Shown here: positions 1-64,000 of the stretch, piece after piece
Layout: each line of letters starts with the position of its first letter
Position numbering within the stretch: position 1 is the stretch's first letter
Assembly (NCBI GenBank): GCA_964016885.1
Contig: OZ024745.1
Span: 46,748,001 to 46,812,000 of the forward strand
Reading direction: 5' to 3'
Length of the DNA: 64,000 nt
Origin: Eledone cirrhosa
Taxonomy: Eukaryota
Notes under the pieces: generated by a model
Seen by the model: only the letters and a program-made list of their open reading frames with translations
Database searches by the model: none
What the model was told of the DNA's origin: nothing
Made by a program: the position numbers and the translations under genes

Positions 1-224
1 ATCTATTAATTTAAGCTTCTCATTCAGTTATTTTGAGGAATTCTATTTTATTTTTTTCTCTCAATATACTTCATATGACACTCTTTAAATTGGAATTCAT
101 CTAAGTATTTTAAAAGGCTAATGTTGTCCTCTAATAAAATGTTACTTAGCTAAAAAAAATCTTGTCCATACCTTCAAAATTGTTTTCTAAGGGAATATTT
201 TATTGTTAATGTTAAAGTTAGTCT

Positions 225-460
225 TTCTTGAGCCCAGAGGCTCATCAGGCCAGAGCTTATCCAAGTTTCATGTACTGTGAACCCAACCTGTTGTAAGTTT
301 AACTCTTAGTTACTACTGTTAGTATTCATTTTTCAGCTAAGTAGACTGGAACAATGGGAAATGAAGTACCTTGCTCAAGGATACACTCCATCAGCCAGGC
401 TGAGGATTGAATTCACGACCTTATAATCATGAGATAAACACTGATATCACAAGGCCATAA
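225..460 (-). mobile_element. Old tRNA-derived SINE with CORE-like body
   Basis: Reverse strand shows a degenerate tRNA head (gaattcaatcc B-box), then ccttgagcaaggtacttcatttcccattgttccagt and a 3' stem-loop tgagccc-tct-gggctca. Confidence 0.6.
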
Positions 461-2197
461 TATCTGTTAATACCAAACTTATGGTGATATCTTTTTTGAA
501 AAGAAACTTTAAAAAGAAAAGTATTTTCATGTATTTTAAATATTATATTTTGTGCCTGAGATAAAATAATGTCAATAGTTTTCATAAAGAGCCATACTTT
601 AATTCTAATCTTTAAGTGGCAAACAGATGATTAGCTGTTGGCTCTAGATACCTTATCAGCAACTGCAGCAGCAACAGCATTAAGATCACCATTAGAAGAA
701 TTTTCTATAATGGAATTTTTCTAAAGATAGAAATAATAGTACAAATCGAAAACATGGCATTCAAAACGGAAATGAAAAATAATTAAAAACTTTAAAACGT
801 AATGTAAATAGCTTTTTCATTGAAAAATATGAATTAATATTAGAAGATAAGATTTTACCTTTGCTTAGTGGTGCTTTCAACAACACGACAAGAAGCATAT
901 ATGATTTTTTTTTTTATTTCTCCAGTTTTCTAATAATTGACAGTAAGAAGCAGATGTTCTTGCTGATAGAAATGAAAATAAATAATTTTAGTAGTAGTTG
1001 CTGTAAATTTGTTTTCATGCTCATCTTAGATGTAGGCATTTGCTCAATTTCCTGTAAGAATAATTTAACTTGTATATCCTTGAAAGGGGCCAGTGATGTG
1101 AATACTAGTTTCAGGATCAATAAAAGATTACAGCTGTAGTTGTAACTGTTTAAAAGTAGATGACTTGTTATATACTGTGTTGGTAGTAGGTTGTAGAGCT
1201 CCGATAGCTAAACTTAATGTAATAAATGTGTGTGTGTGTGTAAGTTTTGGATGGACAACAATGCAGAGTGCTAATATATTCTTAGAGATGTTGACAGACA
1301 ATTAAACTGGTGTAACAAAAAAAAAAAATTACTTAACAAATTGGATTTTTTTGAGATTAGAGCAGACAAAGCCTCATTAGACAGCAACCAACATGGAGGC
1401 CTAGAAGAAAGGAGTTAGCTAGAAGTAGTTACATTGTTAAACCAAGACAAGCTGTCTCTGACCAAACCAAAAGCAGAGAGGAAGATATTTGTTTGGAAAA
1501 TGAAAGCATAAATTGTCTTAATTAAAAGGCCTTGCATAAAAATCGAAATCTCAGTAGTATTAAGAAGTATAAGAAATGAGTGTTTTCACTTAATTGATTC
1601 CATTGATTGTAATGATTTAGCAAAAATGTCTGGAACATGTTTAATTCATATATTTATAGAATCTTTACTAGTAGACGGTTTGTTGTAAAAATTAGACTAA
1701 ATACTTTTTAACATGATGCAGTCATAGGGCTGTTTTATACTTTTAAAAAATGTTTTACTAATGCAGTTTCATGTGGCAGAAGACAGTAAGAGTATAGTCA
1801 GTGGAGCCAACAGTGACATTTGTAGAGATTAGATATCTACAGGACTTGAGTGTCTGGACAAAAACCACTTGGAGCTCCTCTTGCACACTTTTTCGATAAG
1901 AAAAACATCAACTTATGGTTCAAGTTGAACACCAACAACACTGACCTTACCAGTGAGGAATGGTTTAGAAAGGTTATGAACACTTTACCAAAAAGTCTGA
2001 GGAAGAACAACATTTGATAAATATAGTTATTATGCAGTGCCATTTCACATACAAATGAGGAATCAATTTTTTTAGTGTATCAAATACACTCTTGTAATGA
2101 ATAGTGCAAACCTCTTAGATTTGAAAATTATAGGTTTTGTGATTAAAGTAATATTTTGTTGCTTTGATGACATCACTTACAAAGAGTATGAGAAACA

Positions 2198-2438
2198 TTA
2201 ACACTTTTGATACCAACCTTCCTGAAACCACCCTGATCTTATAATATATAACTGCTCATTATGAAATATTCATATTTATATTAAAACCTTCCATCATAAT
2301 ATTAAGAAATGTTTACTGTTTCAAGCATCAGCTTACTAATGAATAGTTAATTAGTTCATTAAATTCTTCCAATATTTCAAAATTAATTGGTATACATAGG
2401 CAGTGTGTTTCATTAGAATTACAGTAGAAAAGGGTTAA
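2198..2438. mobile_element. TTAA-flanked MITE family B (piggyBac-like ends)
   Basis: ttaacacttttgatacc...gaaaagggttaa; shared internal blocks (accttccatcataat, gtttcattagaa) recur in about ten copies in the window. Confidence 0.65.
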
Positions 2439-5129
2439 AAAGGATTTATTATGGTGTGAAATGTAAACATGAGGCATACATTAAAAATGAATTTTAAAAA
2501 ACAACAAAAAAACAAAAAAAAAACACTTGAGTTGCCAAAAGCCTACATATTCAAGAAGATCAATAGGTAGGAAGATTTACATGACTTAGTGTAAGAGAGA
2601 TTATGGATGCAATAGCTAATGAAGATGATTCTAAAATGATAATTAAAGGTTCATAATAGCATGGAATAGAATGAACCATTCTATGCAGTGCATCATCTAA
2701 GAATTTTGATCTCTAGATATGCAGTATAAATATTAGTATTAGGTTGAGAAATATTTTATTTATATTTTTTCTTATAGTATTGTCAACCATAAGAAGGTGA
2801 ATCTACCTTTTGGTGACCTTTTTATTATTTATTTCTACAGAGAAAAATTTTCATCTTCAAGTTGATAAAAACACAAGATTTTAACTTACAATAAATTACT
2901 CTAAACATATATTAAATATTGGTTATTTTTAAAATTCATTTTAGAGCTAGAGAATGTAACAAATGGCACAAGTTAATGTTTTAAATAGTTTTAAATATAT
3001 GCGACATTTGATATGCAAAAGAATAAAAATAAGATATTAAAATAATTTTGAATTTTGGTGAAAATATGGTTTGACAATATTGTAAACAAATACTTATATT
3101 TCTTTATCTGGAAGGCAATTTATTACTAAAATGTTAAAAATCGTTTTATTTGCCCACACCAGTTTTCACATTCTTATTTATTTGATATTTTCTATGATTA
3201 TCCTCAAGTGTTGTCAATACATGTGTTAGTCTGTGTGTGTGAAATATGTATATACGTAAAACAAATAGAAAAATATATGGCAGCTAAAGATGATTAACAT
3301 TTTATTGAAACCATGTAAATATAAACAAATTTATTCTCTGGCTGAAGATATAGCTACATTGTTGTTTGCAAGGTGATGATGGAGACTACTCTAAAACCCA
3401 TTATTTTGCTCAGTCTCTGAAAATGAAATAAGTTCACTTCTTCATTGTAATTCATCCACTCCTCACTTAACTATCACCTCATTTAACCCTTTTGGTACCA
3501 ACCTGCTGAAAACTAACTTGGTCTCCATGAAACAAACCACTTATTTTAAAGGATTCCTATTTAAATTAAAGCCTTCTAAACTAATTTTATCTAATAATGT
3601 TACAAATGCTATCTTAATGAAACAATTTTAGTACATCACCCAAATTCTCAAATAATTAATTCTTTATCTTTATCTGCATTGTCTTCTTCATCTTCGCCTT
3701 TGTATTCTTTGACTTTGTATTCATTTTTGGCTTCATCTTCTTCATCAATTCAGAGCAGTAGTAGTTCTATCTGGAGCAACTCCCTAATCTCTGAGCTATG
3801 TACTCTATTGGCTAAGTTACTTCAAATTGATTAAATTACTAAATATTTAATTAGAAATACAGAAACAAAAGGTTTAATGACTGGTCACACAGTAATTATC
3901 ATACGCCTGTTACAGATAGTGTTTTCCATTAGAACTTTACTAATTTCTTTATTCAGATAATTCATTTAATATTAAACTGATACTTGTAACTTTTTATGGG
4001 CTCTATCATCCATCAGGTGACATTAAAACAATATTAAGATATTTTAGGACTAGGTCATTGGAATGGAACCTGGTCATTTTGTGACATTCATTTACTGACC
4101 AATTTGCTTTATGACCAGGTCAGTGGAACAAAACCTGGTCATTAAATGAAGTGCTTGTAATTAGTATTTGGAAGTCACTCATCTGTAATAATGTTTATTT
4201 CAACAATTCTGATCCAAATTTGCAAAATTCTTTCAGTCGTAGTAACATCAAAATAAAATGGCTGAAAAACATTCTCTTTAAGAAATGATTAGCATAAACC
4301 AAGCTAGAAATTGTTCTGTTGACACAAAAGAAAAGGCTTATAATAAAAATACATGTTTAGTTTTCTCCTCTGCCATTATTGCATTGTCATTGTATCTTAT
4401 CCTAATATCGATAAAACTTCCATTCAGCAATTAGGAAGATACTCATAAAATATTAATCTAAACAATTTACTGCTCAGCTAATTTTACTAGACTTAAATAT
4501 TTAATTAACCATATTGTCGGAGGAATTAAAATTGAAGTCATGTTGAAATATAAATTGCTCGTCATTTTTACCATTTAAAATGCTATTTAATCACTTTTTA
4601 AAACACGTTTGAATATTCTTTAGTCATATTAACATCTTGCCTACTGATGCACTCAGTGAATAAAATGCAATATATACAATTGTACTGTAATGTATGATAA
4701 TGAAAAAGACTATAGAAAAACAATATAATAGTATTTTGAAATGGCAAAATTGATGCTGCTCCCATCATACATTATTATAATTTGTAGAGTGTGGCAGTGA
4801 TAGAATCATTAGCATTTGATGAAATGCTTTGTAGTATAAGGTTGTAGCACTTTACTTTCTGAGTTGAAATTCTGCTGAGATGAACTTTTCTGTGTAGATG
4901 AAATAAGTAGCAGTAGATGTACTTCGGTCAATATAACCAACTGTCCCCCTTTCCCCGCTCAAAAATGTAGCCTTGCACCAATTTCAAATATTAATATTTT
5001 TATTTGGTTTATTTTTTATTTATTTTATTACCTATAATTCATTTAGATTAAAACAAGAGCAAAGCATTTGTATATATTAATAATTTTATTAAAGAATATT
5101 TCACAGCAGTAATGTCACTCCATTCATAC

Positions 5130-5720
5130 CAACCTCGATCTGCAACATCATCTTGTCTGAGGCCTAACATCTTAAAATCAAATCACACAAGTTCTTTCAA
5201 TATCTTCTTTAATCTTCTTTCAACATGGTATCTTCCACTGTCAGCATATATCAGTTTTCCACACCAATGCAACAGCCTCTCTCGTACACATGTTCATTGA
5301 TGTCTTTAATGTTCGGTCAGTCTGTTTTCTATTTTACCCTTTATACAAACAGACCATGCATATCCAACAGGTCTTAAGTTCATTTCTCTCTAGCCTCTAC
5401 AGATCTTCTCTATTCAGTGTCCAAATTTCACACTTATCATTGTCCTTACATATTTTTTAATGCAGCATTATTTTGGCATAGATTGAAGCTCTTTGTTGCT
5501 AGTAGAGGTATTCTTAATGTTTTTAATCTTGAAAGTTTTCCCATCTTGTTAAAAATATGAATTCCCGAAGCATTTTTCTGTATTTTCCTTAACATTTTGC
5601 CAAATTCTTCTTGCCTTAAAATATCTAATCTTTCAACCCTTACTGGCAAGAGTTCAGTGATAATTTGTTTAAGCTTTCAAAAATAACACATATGTAACTT
5701 GTAAGTAATGATCTGAACAT
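5130..5720 (-). mobile_element. Degenerate RTE family-1 3' fragment
   Basis: Reverse strand encodes IPLLATKSF and later EIWTLNREDL.RLERNE, homologous to the 40.5-42.3 kb element. Boundaries approximate. Confidence 0.65.
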
Positions 5721-6764
5721 TGATGTATTAAATTTAACTCCCTATTAATGGTTATTTCATCATTGCCAATATCATCCATATCTTATGACAGGAATAGTTT
5801 TTTCTCTCCATTCCCCAATTGTTTTTTTGGCAAATTATATTTAAATGTTGACTTTGTTAAAATGCCAATGTTTTAATTTGTGTTTTCTCCTTAAATTTAC
5901 ATTACTCTCTAACAAACACACATGCACAGCTGTCACATTGATTTTTTTTTTTTTAGTGAAAGCCATTGCTGTCGTGGTTCAATCTTGTGTGGTGAGGCTA
6001 AGCATTTGAATTTTGTTGGCATAACATTGTCTCTTTCAGTGTCAAATACAGTTGCAAATATATCTTGAACATTTTCACTGTGAAATATATAGGAGGCTGT
6101 TCCAGGGGTTTTGTCCCCTAACCTAGAAAAATCAAAATAACTTCTTTTCTGTGCCTTCCACAGATCTACTTGCAGATAGAGGAAGAATGCCCAGAATAAT
6201 ATTGGAATGATCAGTTATTTTCGTAGTTAAGTTTCACCATGGTTACTAGTCTCACCATTTATAGATGATTGAAAGAAATATCTGATTTAAGTATACAGCT
6301 GGAAGACTTTGAAGTCTATAACACACACATCTTACCCATCAACTTCTTGCCTTCCTATCACATTACAACCCTTTTAACAAAGCATTACTCAGATCAATAA
6401 AACTAATAAGTATCGCATGCTGTTTAGAATAATTTATTCATAGCTAAGTGCATCTTACTGTGTTATATCTGTAGCCATAGTACATATAAATAGTACATCA
6501 AAACCATGCTTAAGAAGAATGGTAAGACAATGGGGTTTAGTGAGAAATCTTCTGAAACCACTTGACGTCTCAGTCAGGTTCATACCACTCTCTACACCCA
6601 CTCTGCATCTTCCCATGCATTACGTACTCTCACAATTTGTGGTCTCCCTAGACTCTCTCTCTGCATATACAGAGAAACATCATATGTATATATTTATATA
6701 TACATACATTGCAGGTGCATCATTGCATATCTGTATGTGTAATATTTCTTTTCTTTGTTTTCAG

Positions 6765-62004
<55,240 letters not shown>

Positions 62005-62969
62005 GTATTGAGACAATTTTTGTTTTCAAAACAATCACTTGCTATAAGCACAAAGTACCAAAGAATATAATACTCAGTAGTTTTTAATATAATTTGATAT
62101 ACACTGAGGTAGTGCTGGGGTCAAGATAAAATGTTCCCAGTACATACTGAAGAGTGGTTGACATTAGAAAGTATATGAGCAAGATGAAATCACCTGACCA
62201 GTCTTGCCTCAGTATGTGACAGCCTGTCTAATCCATACAAGCATGGAGAATAGATGTTAAATGGGGATGATAGCATTATAGCTTTTTCAGTATTTTTTAG
62301 TCAAAATAATGATAAATGTACAAAAGTCACAGGACATTGGTTATGCTATGGCTTAAGGGCCAACTTTAATCAAAATAGCTGTACCAGGCTGCTCAACTTA
62401 TTTTAATTGTTTAATCTGGATTGTAGCTTAGATATTCTTCTGTAGCAATTCTGTGTTTAGATAGGTTTACCATCAGTAAATTTAATCTGAGTCAATAATC
62501 CACATGCTGTTTAAGGCCTTCTGAGTATTCCCTTAAATTTAATAAATATAGCAATGAAATAATTCACTTATATTGTTGCTGATATCTTTTTACAGTACAG
62601 AAAAATACACAGTAATATACTAAGGACATTACATGGTAATGTAGTGGTCAAGCAAAGAACCATATGTGGCAAAATGTTGAGACTAGCACAACCCATGCTC
62701 CTGATACCATGACAGATAAGCACTCAGCCCACTATGCAAGGTGGTTGGCATTAGGAAGGGCATAGAAAACTAAATCAAAATGGATTGTATAAGCAAGACA
62801 TGGTCACCTGACTTGTCTAGCCTATAATGTGACATTGTTTAATCCATGGAAAGTGGGTATTAAATAGTGATGATGCTGATGTGATCTCTACAAGCTACAT
62901 CAGATGCTACTCATCTAGGAGGGCAATATCTCTAAATTCCTGATCCAGTGTAGAGGGGACTCGACTTCC

Positions 62970-64000
62970 CAGTGGCAGGGTAAAATGTGCCCAGTCCACT
63001 CTAGTGATGTTCTCACAGTGGCAGGGTAAAATGTGCCCAGTCTACTCTAGTGATGTTCTCACAGTGGCAGGGTAAAATGTGCCCAGTCCACTCTAGTGAT
63101 GTTCTCACAGTGGCAGGGTAAAATGTGCCCAGTCTACTCTAGTGATGTTCTCACAGTGGCAGGGTAAAATGTGCCCAGTCTACTCTAGTGATGTTCTCAC
63201 AGTGGCAGGGTAAAATGTGCCCAGTCCACTCTAGTGATGTTCTCACAGTGGCAAAGTAAAATGTGCCCAGTCCACTCTAGTGATGTTCTCACAGTGGCAG
63301 GGTAAAATGCACCCAGTCTACTCTAGTGATGTTCTCACAGTGGCAGGGTAAAATGTGCCCAGTCCACTCTAGTGATGTTCTCACAGTGGCAGGGTAAAAT
63401 GCACCCAGTCTACTCTAGTGATGTTCTCACAGTGGCAAAGTAAAATGCACCCAGTCCACTCTAGTGATGTTCTCACAGTGGCAAAGTAAAATGCACCCAG
63501 TCCACTCTAGTGATGTTCTCACAATGGCAAAGTAAAATGTGCCCAGTCCACTCTAGTGATGTTCTCACAGTGGCAAAGTAAAATGCACCCAGTCCACTCT
63601 AGTGATGTTCTCACAGTGGCAAAGTAAAATGTGCCCAGTCCACTCTAGTGATGTTCTCACAGTGGCAAAGTAAAATGCACCCAGTCCACTCTAGTGATGT
63701 TCTCACAATGGCAAAGTAAAATGCACCCAGTCCACTCTAGTGATGTTCTCACAATGGCAAAGTAAAATGTGCCCAGTCCACTCTAGTGATGTTCTCACAG
63801 TGGCAAAGTAAAATGCACCCAGTCCACTCTAGTGATGTTCTCACAATGGCAAAGTAAAATGTGCCCAGTCCACTCTAGTGATGTTCTCACAATGGCAAAG
63901 TAAAATGCACCCAGTCCACTCTAGTGATGTTCTCACAATGGCAAAGTAAAATGCACCCAGTCCACTCTAGTGATGTTCTCACAATGGCAAAGTAAAATGC
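62970..64000. repeat. Minisatellite, 46-bp unit, at least 22 copies, runs off the window
   Basis: cagtggcagggtaaaatgtgcccagtccactctagtgatgttctca head-to-tail with no spacers. Confidence 0.97.

Noticed and set aside
225-285. Hammerhead-like ctgatga...gaaa on the minus strand
   Set aside because: GAAA does not directly follow stem II; it is better explained as the SINE 3' stem-loop.
861-2043. Short ORFs near the window start
   Set aside because: No recognisable domains or IQGAP similarity; consistent with chance frames or very old TE debris.
6160-6215. Acceptor-like site followed by TDLLADRGRMPRII, loosely like the IQGAP CH exon motif TDIYDRKNMPR
   Set aside because: Stops in the usable frames and no suitable donor; the match is short and may be chance. 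The true exon is probably upstream of the window.

Overview
AT-rich eukaryotic genomic DNA. The repeat landscape suggests a coleoid cephalopod such as Octopus, but that is inference. The window is the interior of one + strand gene, an IQGAP-family Ras-GAP-like scaffold. I could splice 23 GT-AG exons (6765-62004, 2847 nt, about 949 codons) into one uninterrupted frame covering the end of the CH domain, six IQGAP repeats, WW, four IQ motifs and the start of the GAP-related domain; both gene ends lie outside the window. The introns are filled with RTE-clade LINEs (at least three families), CR1/L2-type remnants, tRNA-derived SINEs, TTAA MITEs, a likely mini-Helitron, fold-back hairpins and minisatellites. 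The most notable observations are: a young RTE whose reverse transcriptase carries an inserted C4HC3 PHD finger; two RTE insertions with twin-priming (5'-inversion) geometry; a LINE-born (CT)n tract that creates a CAG|GTATGC recursive-splice-like site; a duplicated decoy acceptor next to a hairpin; several long intronic hairpins; and ATTATT target preference of a SINE. I found no CRISPR array or prokaryote-type system. Family names come from recalled motifs, not database searches.
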